DNA of 64,000 nucleotides, from positions 65,286,001-65,350,000 of the forward strand of contig OX597832.1 of the NCBI GenBank assembly GCA_951406725.2. Reading direction: 5' to 3'. The first letter of the stretch is position 1. The number at the start of each line of letters is the position of its first letter. The position numbers and the translations under genes were made by a program. A model generated the notes under the pieces. The model searched no databases, was not told the DNA's origin, and worked only from the letters and a program-made list of their open reading frames with translations. Source of the stretch: Octopus vulgaris (lineage: Eukaryota). Positions 12,620-27,300 of this stretch are shown here, one piece after another.

Positions 12620-12888
12620 ACTGATGCATCTGGACACATCTTATCTTCAGTGATGTGCCTGGTATCATCGGGTGCTTCGGGTCTTTCAACATCATACATC
12701 CCCATCCAGGTGACCCAGTTGGGGGTGATCAGACCCCAGCTTGTGTACAGATGGCCAGCTAGCTACCCCAATGGCTCTCCTCTTTTTATCCACAGCCATC
12801 TTGAGGCCCTCTCTGCCGCATCGGTGGTGCAGCAGATGGCCTTCTTCCTTCTCACTGCCTCGATACCCAAACTGCTGAAGGCTCTGGT
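12620..12888 (-). mobile_element. HERO-like (R2 superfamily) non-LTR retrotransposon 3' end
   Basis: Minus translation RAFSSLGIEAVRRKKAICCTTDAAERASRWLWIKRGEPLG*, followed by a GC-rich 3' UTR. The AAExASRWLWIKR motif is typical of HERO C-termini. Confidence 0.7.
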
Positions 12889-12977
12889 CATGTGTATGTA
12901 TGAATGTATGTATCTGTAGATATTATCTTTACACTATTACACGGTCATTTTATCTTATCCTGCTTCTGATTCGTTAC

Positions 12978-13260
12978 TGTAGTAGTGGGGGCCGTGGAAA
13001 TTTCATGGAATGGAAAAAATGAAGAGGACCTATTTAAGAAAGAAAGGATGATTTGTATTTTTATAGCCTTCACATTTTAGATTCTTTAAATATTCCTTAT
13101 GTTTATCTACATTCATTTCCTCACGTCCCTGTGGGTGTTGTCTTTTCACTGTTTTTATTATATTTTCTCGCTGTCCCTCACTGATCCATGCTGTATATCT
13201 GCGCATCCTTTCTCGGGCAGCTTGCAACCGTGTTTCTTGTGAATCCAGAGTTTAGTATAA
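12978..13260 (-). mobile_element. Possible Helitron-derived fragment
   Basis: Minus ORF ..QETRLQAARERMRRYTAWISEGQRE resembles the charged repeat in the Helitron N-terminus. A decayed 3' hairpin CCATGAAATTTCCACGG lies near 12992-13008. Confidence 0.35.
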
Positions 13261-13994
13261 ATTAGCATTTATAAACGAATATCAATTATTTAAAGCGAGT
13301 CGACGATAAATAATTGCACTTATGCGCATGCTTTAAGCAATGGTCGCTATAAAAAAGTTAATTCAATATCAAAAGTACATTTCACCATCAAAACACCACC
13401 ACCACCACCACCACCGCTGTCTGCCTCTGCGTTACTCTTTCTTCTCTCTCATAATGTAACTGCCCTCCCTGTCCTTCTCACTCTATTATCTTTCCCCCAA
13501 ACTAACATTTAATCTCCTAATAAGTATTTCTTCCCGATCCTACCTCGCTTCATTAACACTTCACTCTCCCTCTTTTTCTCTAGTTTTCTTTTTCTCTTGT
13601 TCTTCGCCTCTACTTTCAGCTGATCACGTGACGATTTGGCCTCAGTGTATTAATATTTATGATCTTTCTCTACTTCTCTTTTTCTTTACCCCTTCCCCTA
13701 TCTCTCTCTCTCTCTCTCTCACTCTTACTCCGCCTCTCTAACTAGTTTATGTATAACGGGGAAAAGAACAAGCAGATTGTTATATAGGTGGAAGATTATT
13801 AGTTAGGCTGAAGATTACTGACAGTACCAAGCTCCGAAGCCGAGATAGGGAGTCTACAGAGAGTCTTGACAGTTTTCTGGCATTGAGCACTCTTTCTTTC
13901 GATTGCCTATGTGTATGCGCACAAATGTATTGCAAATACACAGCCACACACACATATATAGATACGTAAGTGTGAGTGTGTGTATATATACCCT

Positions 13995-14653
<659 letters not shown>

Positions 14654-14690
14654 TGTACATTCATGTGCATGTATATATATATATATATAT

Positions 14691-14998
14691 AATTGCAGCG
14701 TGGAAGGTGTTTATAAGCCTTTTAAAAACACCCCAAAACCTTTAGATTCACTTCGACATTTAAACTTAATTTTCCAAAATATTTTCGTCGCTTTGAGACC
14801 ACGACCTGTTCACTGACAAGATTTCGTGCTCAAAGCGAGGAAAATATTTTGGCAAATTAAATTTAAATCTTGAAGTGAATCTAACGTGTTTTTTGTGTTT
14901 TTAAATGGCATATAAACATCATTCACGCTGCAATTGTTTTCGTTTCCAGCACACGATCTCAGATCAGGTCACTCACTATGCATGTACATCTCCGTAAC
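14691..14998. mobile_element. Fold-back PLE-like element in (TA)n
   Basis: 14691-14797 is a diverged inverse of 14829-14935. Bounded by (TA)n. HHR-like motif at the fold. Confidence 0.75.
14772..14819 (-). ncRNA. Hammerhead-like motif with G3-C8 core variant
   Basis: Reverse complement UUGUCA GUGAACA G GUCGU-GGUCUCAAA-GCGAC GAAA AUAU UU UGGAAA (the other arm reads UGGCAA). 5-bp stem II, palindromic AAAUAUUU, unusual UUU triplet. Confidence 0.55.
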
Positions 14999-15119
14999 TA
15001 TATATATATATATATGAGAAGAAAATGGATATAATAACAAGGGGTAACTCGAGGTTTTCACTAGTACGCCTTTGATTTAATTAGATAACAAAGAAGGTGG
15101 AAGCATAAGATGAAGGTAC

Positions 15120-15168
15120 CATTTACGATCGTTTCAAATTACTGGTTTAAGTAAATCTGTTCAGAATG
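15120..15168 (-). ncRNA. Type I hammerhead, G8C-mutated, in an inverted pLTR upstream of PLE RT
   Basis: Reverse complement CAUU CUGAACA GAUUUAC-UUAAACCA-GUAAUUU GAAAC GAUC GUA AAUG. Confidence 0.65.
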
Positions 15169-15269
15169 CGAAGATAGATGCATCGATTAGGATGCGAAAA
15201 GAATTGATGCATATGTCATGGAAATATAAACAAAGATAGTAAGTCTTACGTTAAATTGTTTTCTTGCGC

Positions 15270-16050
15270 TGGTAAATTCCTACACGAAACCCGACACGAA
15301 CCTCAAATATATAAACGCTGTAAGTAACCGCCCCCAACTTTATTAAAAGAAGCTTAGTACATAGCATTAGCAATAGAATATCAGGCCTCTCTTCTAACAT
15401 AGATATCTTTAACAGGCATAAAGAAACCTATAACGCCACACTACGGAAAGCAGGATTTAAACAAAAAATCAAATACCTAAACCCTAATCACCCTATAAGC
15501 AGCCCAAATAACAGGAACCCACACACTACTACCACTAACACCAACCACACACCAGGCACCACCACAAACTACACCAATAATAAGATAATTACGGGTAAAC
15601 CCAATAGAAACAACACCAATATGAACGACGCCAAGGTCCATACACAAACCACTAACAACAACAAAAATAATCGGAACACTAATACCGACAGCCTGATGTT
15701 AAATAAGATTAACAATATTAACAAAACGTACGCAAATAAGTCTCAAAATAACAGCAGGTACAAAAATAATAGTATAAACCTATACATCGTTATCAAAAAC
15801 ACTAAAGTCACCCAACGAACTAATATGAACCCTAGTAATAGCAAAATGAAAGGCCCTTGACCCCACATGAAGCCTACGATGATAACACCAATAGGACAGT
15901 CAAAAGCAACACGAAAGTGAAACACAGCTATGGATATAACGAAGATACATTCAACCATAACTTCACACGAATCACAAACAAGGAGGAAAGCTTCTATACT
16001 AGGAAAAATAACACAAAAAATAAACAAAAAAACGATAATATATAGCTCGT
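15270..16050 (+). pseudogene. Penelope-like element RT C-terminal/thumb fragment plus Asn/Thr-rich linker
   Basis: YTKPDTNLKYINAVSNRP, one frameshift, then NFIKRSLVHSISNRISGLSSNIDIFNRHKETYNATLRKAGF. This matches the PLE YxKP..YIN..SNHP..RIS.LSS...F pattern. Confidence 0.8.
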
Positions 16051-16163
16051 AGTCCCCTATGTATGTATGTATGTATGTATGTATGTATGTATGTATGTAT
16101 GTATGTATGTATGTATGTATGTATGTGTGTGTGTATGTATGTATGTATGTATGTACGTATGTA

Positions 16164-16199
<36 letters not shown>

Positions 16200-16204
<5 letters not shown>

Positions 16205-16650
16205 ATAAATATTTGGGAATAAATCCAAACTTACAGGGGAAAATCAGCTTTAGGATTGAATCCAATTTTATAGTAAAATATTATATTATATTAAATTAGT
16301 GATAAAACCACTATTAGGCAAATCATACAATGAAAAACTTAAGCCAATACATAAGATTATTTAATTTAATATTATTTAAATATATAACAACATTATTAAA
16401 AAAAATATAATTAATATAACACTATGATCGTTTCATGGCTGTTAATTTCTTTAAATTTTTGACTGTAACTCGAAAATTTAAAGAAATTAACAGCCATGAA
16501 ACGATCGTAGTATTATATTATATTTTTTTAAATAATTTTGTTATATATTTAAATAATATAAATTAAATAATCTTATGTATTGGCTTAAGTTTTTCATTGT
16601 ATGATTTGCCTAATAGTGGTTTTATCTCTAATTTAATATAATATAATATA
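16200..16650. mobile_element. Fold-back copy of family A pLTR in (TA)n
   Basis: 16279-16460 is an inverse of 16473-16648 and homologous to 385-590. Only the 3' half of the HHR (GAAACGATCGTA) is retained on the arms. Confidence 0.8.
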
Positions 16651-18593
16651 TATATATATAAATATATGCACATATATATATATGTGTGGTTATATAAATA
16701 AACCGATAGTTGAATATGACGAAGTGTGTCTCAGAAATTCGTTTCTACGGGCTTTTCCTGGACTGTACCTCTTTTATTGTCTGCCCGTTGAAACACTTGT
16801 ACGGCAGAAAATGTCTAGCTCAGCAGTTTACTAGATCCACTGAGATAGACACTATTATGTTCTAGTATTGCTCTCTCTACTCTTCTCCTATTCGATCATA
16901 CCATCCTACGCATCCAAACACTTACACAAACATATGTACAAACAGGCGCGCGAATGCAGATGCTAAATAATTTATTTTTTCATCGCCTGGAACTTCGTAG
17001 TTGCAATGAATATGTAAAGTAAAATAAAAAGATATTTCTTTCACCTTATTGGAATTCTATACATGCCATTAGTTTTAAATAAATCAAGCTGTTGGTTTAC
17101 ATATTCTACAACGGAAATCCGCAAAACTTTCCAAAATCTCTTTAGATATTCTTGGAGATGACAAAGTAGAATTCGAATGACTCTTGTATATATTTTATGG
17201 TGCTACACCGAAATTTCCATGCATCACAAAACCATTCCAGGAAATGAGTGAATCTCAAAAATGGTTGGGTTGAAAACGGAAGTTTGGTAAGTAAACGTGA
17301 TAATTGGTTGACTTTTAAGCCTTTCGAATTTACTTTCAACCAAAAATCTTAAATTTAAACTATTTGTATAACTGCAGATGCTGGCACAAATTCATCCAAT
17401 TATAACTTATATTTTCTATAAATCACAACAAATATACAATAGACATCAATAAATTAACGATAACATATATATATATATGTGTGTGTGTGTGTATATATAA
17501 AACAAAACACCTAACGTATAAAATTACAACAATTAAAAATCAAATAATTGGTTGACTTTTAGGGATATAGAATTGGGAATTAATGAATCAGTTCTAAATT
17601 TTCTTAATAAAAAATTAGAAAGAATTTTGGATTATTTGACAAAATTTGATTGGAGCCTACATCAGCAGGAATTGAACCACGTGGAGGGAATCTGAATCAT
17701 TTTAGTGACATTCCGGAACTACAGGTAAATTTCGTTCAAAGCCACTAACTGGGTCTTAAATGAATGCATGCATATAGACACTCACACGTTCTCAGACATG
17801 CTTATATAGGTTTATAAATATAGTGATTCGTAAACTATATCTTTGCAAATATGTCTATATGATCGTTTACCTTTTCCATAAAATATATACAATATGTGAG
17901 CGATCGTAAGTAGTAACAAAATTCTCTCTCTGTATAATTCTCTTACGCACACCTCACATGCATTGAAACATATTCGAAATATAGCATAAGCTTATTTAAT
18001 TAAATTAGTATAGTTTACCTTATTTTAATCTGTCTTAACTCTCCAAACAGCGCTTATTTCATATAGTGACATTTTGTTATATATGCTGACTTTTCATGTA
18101 GCTTATATTTTTTATATTTCCTATTTAAATGAAACACTATTTAATAAACCAGATTAGTATCCTTACATTATTTAATCTAATTATTTGCTTTATTTTCCTT
18201 TACTTTTAATTTGTTTAATATTTTATCGTAATCCGCTATACTTCACTCGAATCTAGTACAAATTAATATTTACTCCCAATGAACTTATACGATATCTTTA
18301 TAAATGGCACCATTATTATCTATTGAAGTTAACCCCTGATCTATCACCTCTGCTGCTCTATAACCTTTCCCTTAAAATCAATTATAACTCCTTCTCCACC
18401 ACATGCTGAGGCTACTGTGCTGAATTGCTATTGTCTGAACACTTTCTCCCTCTTGTGTACAAGCCCTTGTCATTTACAAATATTGTCTTCCTCATACTGT
18501 AACTTTCTTTAAATCGCCCCTTCTTTATTATTCCTGTATCCCATGTACCTTTCTATATTCGTATATAAGTATGTGAATATATATATATATATA

Positions 18594-18970
18594 CTAGCAG
18601 TATCGCCCGGCGTTGCTCAAGTTTGTAAGGGAAATAACTATAAAGCATTTTTAGAGAGTTGTAGCCAAAAAATAGCAAAAAAATGGAAAAAAACTGATGG
18701 TAAATTTTTTTTGAGAGTTAAAAAAGGTCGAGTTGCGTCCCCTAGACAGTCTGTGGTTTGTGTTTCTAATTCTCGACCCCATGTCGAATTTATCGATTTT
18801 TTCAGAACTGGGGGAACTTTTCAAAATTTTCGCTGCGTTAGTTTTGAATTATGACATTGGGCTATGTGTGTGTCAAGTTTCATCAGAATCGGTTGAAAGC
18901 CGTGGTCAGGGTGAGGGTACAACCAAACAGACACACAGAAACACACACAGACAAACTGCCGTTTATATAT

Positions 18971-18973
<3 letters not shown>
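18594..18973 (-). mobile_element. Non-autonomous Helitron, shorter relative of 5108-5934
   Basis: Near-identical 5' 200 bp in reverse orientation. CTAG terminus at 18594-18597 with a decayed hairpin, inside (TA)n. Confidence 0.8.
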
Positions 18974-19035
<62 letters not shown>

Positions 19036-19364
19036 CATATATATATATATATGCAGATATATATATATACATATATATATAATATGAATAATATATATAT
19101 ATATTTGTATACATACATATATGTTCATACAACTATACGTGTATATATATATATATATATATGCGTATGTGGGCACAGGACGTTACGAAACATGTACAAC
19201 AAAAAATACGAACTACGAGTACATGGAATATGAGGTGTTTTTCGAACAACGAAAAACGCAAATGGAAAACAAGACAAACAACATAAAGAACGACCATTCA
19301 TCAGTTGTTTGGCTGTATTCCTACTCTCGTCTTTCGAGCATATACATACCTGTGCGTATGTGTC

Positions 19365-19423
<59 letters not shown>

Positions 19424-20110
19424 GAATATATATATATATGTCTGTGTGTATATAAGTATATATATGCACACAGGTGTGTATGTGTGTGTGTATGTAATTT
19501 ACTGTCCCCTTAAGGTATGCTAGAAAAAAATTACTCCATCAAATGAGAGGAAATATTAGTTAAGATACAATCTACTAATAACTTATTGCTTTGGGAACGC
19601 GGGTAGAAGCAGGCTTTTATAAGACGCCTTGTGTTTCCAATCTACCGAGTCTCTCTCTCTAGTTCTCTCTCGATCTTTCTCAAACACCACACACACACAC
19701 ACACACATAAGCACACACAGGTACACACTTAGGCATTATATATATATATACGTGTAAGTCTTAAGTTATATATCCATTCAATAAATCTGTTAGTTTCTGT
19801 CCTGTCTTGCATCCATGACTCCTTCTTTCATACTGACTTTGTATTACTCGTAGGACTTTCGTTCGTTATCTCCGTCAATATCTCTTTGACGAACTGCTAT
19901 TTACGAATATCAATTCCTTGTCTCTGACGACAAAGAGGTTGACTTTTCTGAGGAAACAATTCTAGAAAAAGCTGTAGGAGACTGTATACACAAATTCTTC
20001 ATTCCGTTGCTCTAATAACTCTAATATTTGAATTACAATTTACATGATCAAAATGGTACCACGTTTTGCCCATTCTTTCTTCCACATACGTATACTTATA
20101 CACACGCACA

Positions 20111-20149
<39 letters not shown>

Positions 20150-20169
20150 ACACACACTTACACATATAT

Positions 20170-20212
<43 letters not shown>

Positions 20213-20687
20213 GAGGGGGACAGAGAGAAGGGACAGAGAGCAATCAGAAAAAGTCAGAGTGCCAGCCAAGAAGAGAGAATGAGAAAATTAGAAAAAGAGG
20301 TTGTAAGATATGCTGTTATTTACTTTAAACCTTTAATTTTAGACATTAATATTTACAGGTGATTGATTTAATACATTATGAATCGTTGGATATTTCATAT
20401 TCGTTTAGTAGTTGCTTAGTTTTCAATCTCTATGAAACTGTTTCCTCCCAAGCTACTATGAAATATAGCAGAAACATATTCATATTGAATATAGAAACCT
20501 CGTAATAATTCTAGTTGTGCTACGTTACTACAAGACGCTCAGGTCTTTTTTTAAGCAAGTGTATTATCTCGGATAATAAATCAAAACGAATAGTTTGTAT
20601 TTAAAAACAGCTAACTGTCGTTTAGTGTTTCTGTTTAATGTATACACATACACAAAGACCAACACACACACATAAACATACACGCAC

Positions 20688-20733
<46 letters not shown>

Positions 20734-21487
20734 GAAAGAGAGAGAGAGACAGCGATAGCAAGAGAAAGAACAATATTGTGTATATGTTACCGGGAAGCTA
20801 AACAATCATTTTAGAATATATAGATTAGGAATCAATTTACGTCTATATGTATATCCACAAACGTGTTAGGGTTCGTTTGTATGCCATCCTTTAAGGTCCA
20901 TGTTATGCCTTTTAACGAAATTTAACTGTAATTCCGCCATGTTACTGAAACAATTCAGATTCTCTCCAATTATTTCAGTTTCTGTTTTTGTTGGCAATTT
21001 ACTAATTCCATTTTCTTTTTTTTTTTTCCAGTTGTGCCTCAGTTTCCTGCCTCCCAAAGAAAACCTTTCAACGTGGTTTAATAGGTTTTGAATTGTCATT
21101 GATGATCTGTAACTTTGCTTTTTTGCATTATATTGGTGGGGTTGTCGGTGCACGCAAAGGGGCATTTTACCTCCGGAAGGAGTGGACCATATTAATATGT
21201 GTTTTATCCACAACCCTTGGACCTCTCTACCATTGAAGAAACTTCCAGGAGCTTGAGTAACTCTGGCATAGCTCAGGCCTTCACATTCTGAGTTGGTGCT
21301 TGAAATCTCATCTCTTTACAATGTTCGATGGTACAAAATATAACCTCTTACATCTGCAATGAATGAATACAATTCTACCAAAACAGCTGTCGTGAATTTT
21401 AAACGTCATTTCTGTTTGCCTTACACACGCTCAAACACACAGACACTCACACGCACACGTATACACACAAATACACGCACATATGAC

Positions 21488-21562
<75 letters not shown>

Positions 21563-21945
21563 GTCTATCTATATATATATTGAATGAATTTTATTCATTC
21601 AATGCAGTCATACACACACGCAGAGACATATATATATATATATGTATACATAAAGATAGATGTGAGAATCGAGAGATCTTGAGATAAACAGAATAACACA
21701 AAATAGTAAAGCAAGTCAAATGATAGATGTTTGTTTTGGTTTGTAGTTTGTGTAGTTTGACAATATTGCACAATTTTAATTTAAATGAAATTAAGAAGTT
21801 AACAACATTCTGTTAATGTGGATGTTTCCTGGCGCATAAATTGTATAATCTGGAACACTTTCATCAACAGACCAACCGTCCCCTACATAATCGGCTGTTG
21901 GCACTCAAAATGAGCAACATTTAAGTTACATATATACATATATTT

Positions 21946-22033
<88 letters not shown>

Positions 22034-23399
22034 TAGCACACACATATACACGCACACGTATATTTCTTTCTTCTTTCCGTACATTTGGCATTTAATTTGA
22101 AATTTTTGTCCACACCTGTTTACTAGTTTGTCGCAAATACTCAAGTCGTCTCATATTCTGTTCGAATTTCAGTTAAAAATAATCAAAGGAAAATTAAAAG
22201 AACAAAAATATATGTTCCAAGCATTTAGAAACATGTCTCTTATGTTTGTTCTGCGTTTAGGCGCCAAAAATGCCATTTGAATTGTTCACGTTTGTTCATT
22301 TCATTGAATCTATAAGACAAATGTTTAACTAATTAAGATTTATTAAAAAAAAAACAAGATTTAGTTTCTCGATAGCAATTTGTGTAATATTTTGTTCGAA
22401 TATTTATCGATAGTAAATGCTGAACGTAAACTAGACTTCACTTGACTGGCGGCCAAATACGCATAGATCAAGTATTAAAGCTGTTGTTTACTGATACATC
22501 TGGATACGAAATCATTTAAGTACTATTTCTCTTGTATTTTATGACGGAATGTTTTGATTAAATTCCATCAATTTATAAATGATAAAACAGAAAAAATCAC
22601 GTATGAAGTACACGTATCAATTTCAAATTCAATTTTATGTTTCACCAAAAAAGCTAAATAAAAATATGCCATTTCAAAAAAAACAAAAACGAAATAAGCG
22701 CGGTAGAAGAAATAACGTTGAATCCCAATTGAAGTCTATGACAAAATTATGGAAAATATCGCTACTGAAATCAAAACGTGTAATATTGATCAATATGTTG
22801 ATATAAATACTAAATATGAAAGTTATCACTTATTGCGTAGATTTAAATCCTCCATTTTTTTCATGGTTCTTCACAACTTCATATAGATTAACTTTAATTT
22901 AGCTGTACTCCCGCTTTTGATATTGTTGTGTGAACTCAAAGACAACCATAGAAATAAAAGTTACGAAGCCTACGCCGAGTTCCATTTGAATCTCATAAAT
23001 GATCCATTAAAAATAATTATCTCATTGCGAATGTGATAAAATGTAGATTCCGTATTGAAACCGAGTGGATAAGTAGACTAAGATGAAGTCCCAAAGCTGT
23101 TTACTGATACTATCTGTCTGTTATTGGTTGTTGGTCAGGTGGTAGAGACATTAATTAATATTTCTTTAATAATAGCTACAGAATCACATCAAATGAATAT
23201 TGGCTAAAGTCGACGAAATATGCTAAGAACTGTATCGTTTAGATTTAGTATTAGTCAATGAAAGCTTTAATTCCATGTCATCTGAGCAAAATCCTTTTAA
23301 ATGAATTACAGAAAATGAACGAGCTGGTTCAATAACTTTCTCTCAACGAATTTAATGCAAAAATATCTTTACAACCGACTACCACGTACCTTGCTGTAG

Positions 23400-24250
23400 A
23401 GAACTCTATTCAACAAGAGAGGGAAGTTGAACATAAGACAGAGAAGAAAGATGGCTATGGGTGAATAAAAATAATTTAAAACCGGAAACGGAGGCTCCAA
23501 TCAGTCTGACTCAAGAGAAAGCATTAAGAACTAATTACATCAAATACAGTGCAGAATTTGTAGACAAAATGGTGAAACCATATGGCATATCATCAGTAAA
23601 TGTATTTCACTAGCCCAGAAACAAAATAAGAGACGTCATGACAGCATAGCAGCGATCTACCATTGGGTACTTTGCAACATGTATGGACTTGACAGAACAA
23701 AAACATGGTACGAGCATAAACCCGAAGGAATCATCGAAAATGATAATGCAAAGATCCTATGGGATATACGATTCAGTGAGACCATGAGAAAGAGTATAAG
23801 AAACCAGACTTAATTGAGAAAGAAAGAAAACGATGCTGGATCACAGATATAACATGCCCAGCTGAAAACAAGGTATGCGATAAGGAAGAAAGAAAAGTCG
23901 ATAGGTATGACTGGTTTGTTTGGGAGGTTAAACAGTTGTGGTCGATGAAAAAGGTGGTAGTAGTACCAATAATTGTCGGAGCCCTAGAAACAGTGAGTAA
24001 AAATCTTGAGAAGTGCAGGCATTGAATACGGGCTGCAATAAGGGTGGGGTACTTGCAGAAAACAACACTGCTTAGAACCGCTCATATACTCTGGATGATG
24101 CTCGAAAAATAAGAGGTGTTACCTTAGTTCACTGGTAGTGAACAGCTGACACTGTAGTACATCCCCAGCTTTAGAAACCGTGCAAAGGCAACGATAATAA
24201 TAACAATAAGAACAACAACCACAACAATAATAATAATATTAATAATAATA

Positions 24251-24282
<32 letters not shown>

Positions 24283-24345
24283 AATGATGATGATGATGAT
24301 GATAATGATGATGATGATGATGATGATGATAATAATAATAATAAT
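23400..24345 (+). mobile_element. R4/Dong-clade RLE LINE 3' fragment with (AAT)/(GAT)n tail
   Basis: CRICRQNGETIWHIISKC (CCHC knuckle), RRHD, WYEHKPEGIIENDNAKILWD, VVPIIVGAL. Frameshifted. Confidence 0.9.
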
Positions 24346-24349
24346 ACAC

Positions 24350-27300
24350 CTATGCTGATCTCGTAAAAGTTAGATGGCAGTCAGACTAAGAGAAGGATCA
24401 CTGATAACAAAAACAGAGGAGCAAGGCTCCTTGCACCTTGGTGGGCAGCTGCGCTAGAGATGGTGTCTCGATAGAAATACTGAGTGGTGGTAACCTAAAA
24501 ATGCACCGCATTTATGAGTGGAAATGGCAAACAAATGGCAAACAGTTCAACTAACGATAATAATTTGAACTGGATTGGAGGCAATGTCAAAGGTGTTCTG
24601 CGAGGTAATTGCCCCATTGTGCAGCAGGTTGGGCTCGGTAATAAAGCAGCCATTGCTAGCCATTCTGCCACACAAAATTGGAGTAAACAAGTGAATGTGA
24701 TGGTTATGGAGTAATTCTATTGGATCATGCCAGTAGATATAAATGATGAGTTGGTGAGAGGATAGGGACAACGTAGTGCATAGGGAATGGAACTGTTTGC
24801 AATTACAGAACAGAGATTATGGGATCAAGCAAAAGTAATACGAAAGAATGGCTAGTTGACAGGATTGGAGTTAGAAGTTATCAAAAGATGGAAATACGGG
24901 TATGTTGACCACATAAACAATGAAAGTGGCACAATAGAAGAAATGGACAATTTCTCGCAAGAATACACAGGTTTGAGTTGTGAAAGGTACGAGAGCAGAG
25001 AACAATTAAACGATGAAATCAGATGATAGGGAACAGGTTTTTGGATCTATTAAATGTAGAAAAGATGGAATATATGCGTGCTTTCAGAATAGCTGATCAA
25101 TGGAGACTAAATCAAGAAACCAGTAAAGTCAATAATGTATTGAAAACATATTGCAACAAAGAAAATCTAACAAACAAAGCTGCAAATAGGACGGTTGCAG
25201 AAAGGATGAGATTGAAGATCAATGACAATAGAGCACTGACAGAAAGAAAAGGAAATAAAAAACCTTAGTGGAAAACGAGAAGATGAGAAAATATAAGCTC
25301 CCTGAACAGTGCAGTGTCAAGTATTGACAGGAAAAGAAAACGAGAATTTAAGAAGTATGGTGTTTATACAAAAGGACTCAATGTTGTGATTGGAGAAGTG
25401 AAGCAGGGCATACTTGCCAAGGAAACCAAACTAAGTAGATTTGAGCAACGGGCAAACAATACAGGCAAAACCGATCGTTTAGTATCAACCTAGAAAGATT
25501 TTATCAAGTAATTAATAATGATTTGGCATGCGGAAGATTAGTTCCCGATCCGGATAAAGGTCGAAGGTTTTGGGTTGAGATATGGAGTAAGCAAATACAG
25601 CATAATACTGGAGCTGAATGGCACTGCAGTCTGAAACAAACAGCTTCGTATCCCCACCAAGAAGTTCTCCTCTTTATCGGGGACAGTATCAGTGATGTGA
25701 GCAAGACATCGAGCAATTGCAAAGTAGCATCTTGATGGTGTAGAGGGAATTTAGTTAAAAAAGTTCAGTAGGAGCTATAAATTGATTGCAGAGCAAATTA
25801 ATGCATTGATTCATGGACCAAGAATTTCCAGGTGGTTGACTATCAGGAGGAATTGCAGAAGAAATGTATATATTTCGTGATGAAAATGACATCTTACCAA
25901 TGTTCAATGAACAAAGAGGTTGTAGTTGAAGATGCAGAAGTAGGAAGGTGTAATTTTCAATAGAGAAAATGGCAATGAAGATTGTAAGCGAAGCAGGATA
26001 AACTTGGGATTGACCTAGATGGATTACCGCAAGCCTTACAATGTGATTTCACATTAGTGGATCATTGAGTGCTTAGATATGCTTAGAATTGCAAGGAACG
26101 TAACGTGTTTTCTGAAGAGAAGTATGGTGGGTTGGAAGTCTCAGTTGACATCGTGTGGACAAAGTCTGGGCACGCTAGGCATCAAGAGAGGGATTTTCCA
26201 AGGGGACAGCTTATGTACGTTGCTTTTTGCATTTGGCACAGTCCTTCTGACCTTGTTGTAGAAAGTGAACCTGGGATATCAGTCCAAGGGAAAAACACAA
26301 AGTATCAACCATCTTCTATTCATAGATGTTTGGAAGCTGTATGGAAAGGATGAGGTACAAGTGAGATCCTTCGTGAGTACTGGTCGATAATTTAGTGCTG
26401 AGGTTAAGATGGAATTCGTATTCAAGAAGCTTGGTGCAATGGGTCTAAAAAGAGGCAGGTTATAGAATTACTACATCGAAGATTAATGCAACAAGTTGAA
26501 AAGAGCTTAAGTACCTTGGTATACAAAGACGGTGAGCTGGTAGAAACGTTAGCACACCGGGCGAAATGCTTAGCGGTATTTCGTCTGCCGCTACGTTCTG
26601 AGTTCAAATTCCGCCGTAGTCGACTTTGCCTTTCATCCTTTCAGGGTCGATTAAATAAGTACCAGTTACACACTGGGGTCGATATAATCGACTTAATCGG
26701 TTTGGCTGACCTTGTTCGTCCCCTCTGTGTTGAGCCCCTTGTGGGTAGTAAAGAAATAGGTATACAAGAGTTCAATGAAATCATGGAGAAGGGAGTGAAA
26801 ATACAAGTGAAGAAATAATAATTCCAAAGTTTAGGGTGGGATGTACAAAATGTTTTGGAATCATTGTTGATTCTTCGGAAGAAATCCTGCATCATCAAAA
26901 CTGACAATTGTGTTGAGAAAGAGATGCTGAAAGAGGAGAAAAACGAAGAAGAAAGAAAAGGCATGCCGGGAATGACATGCAGAGAATGGTAAACGGTTGG
27001 TTTGCAAGATATACGTGGGTTAAAATGGATACAGTAGGCCGAGAGCGAGAAATGCAAAATGAATGCTGAGAGGGGTGAAATGGTGGAGTACATTGTGACC
27101 GAAATTGGCACAAAGTGAATACAAAACGCAACATGACGATGTGGTAAGAATGATCCATTGCGAGCTATGTAGAAATTATGAGCTAGAAGAATCAAAGATT
27201 TGGTGTCACCGAAACTTTGGAGAGTTACTGAGAAATAGGAGTGCAAAATCCTGTAGGATGCAATAATTCAGTACGACAATCAGATGAACCATGGTGAACC

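Noticed and set aside
19180-19340. Minus-strand CUGAUGA in a repeat also present at 2440-2560
   Set aside because: The family repeat is real, but there is no downstream stem II/GAAA and no consistent type II or III fold.
19920-19970. CUGACGA..GAAAC as a hammerhead
   Set aside because: Stem III cannot close (no G opposite C15.2) and stem I is out of register.
20866-21350. Possible host exon or TE coding fragment
   Set aside because: Mixed frames with stops and no motif I can recognise; needs BLASTX.
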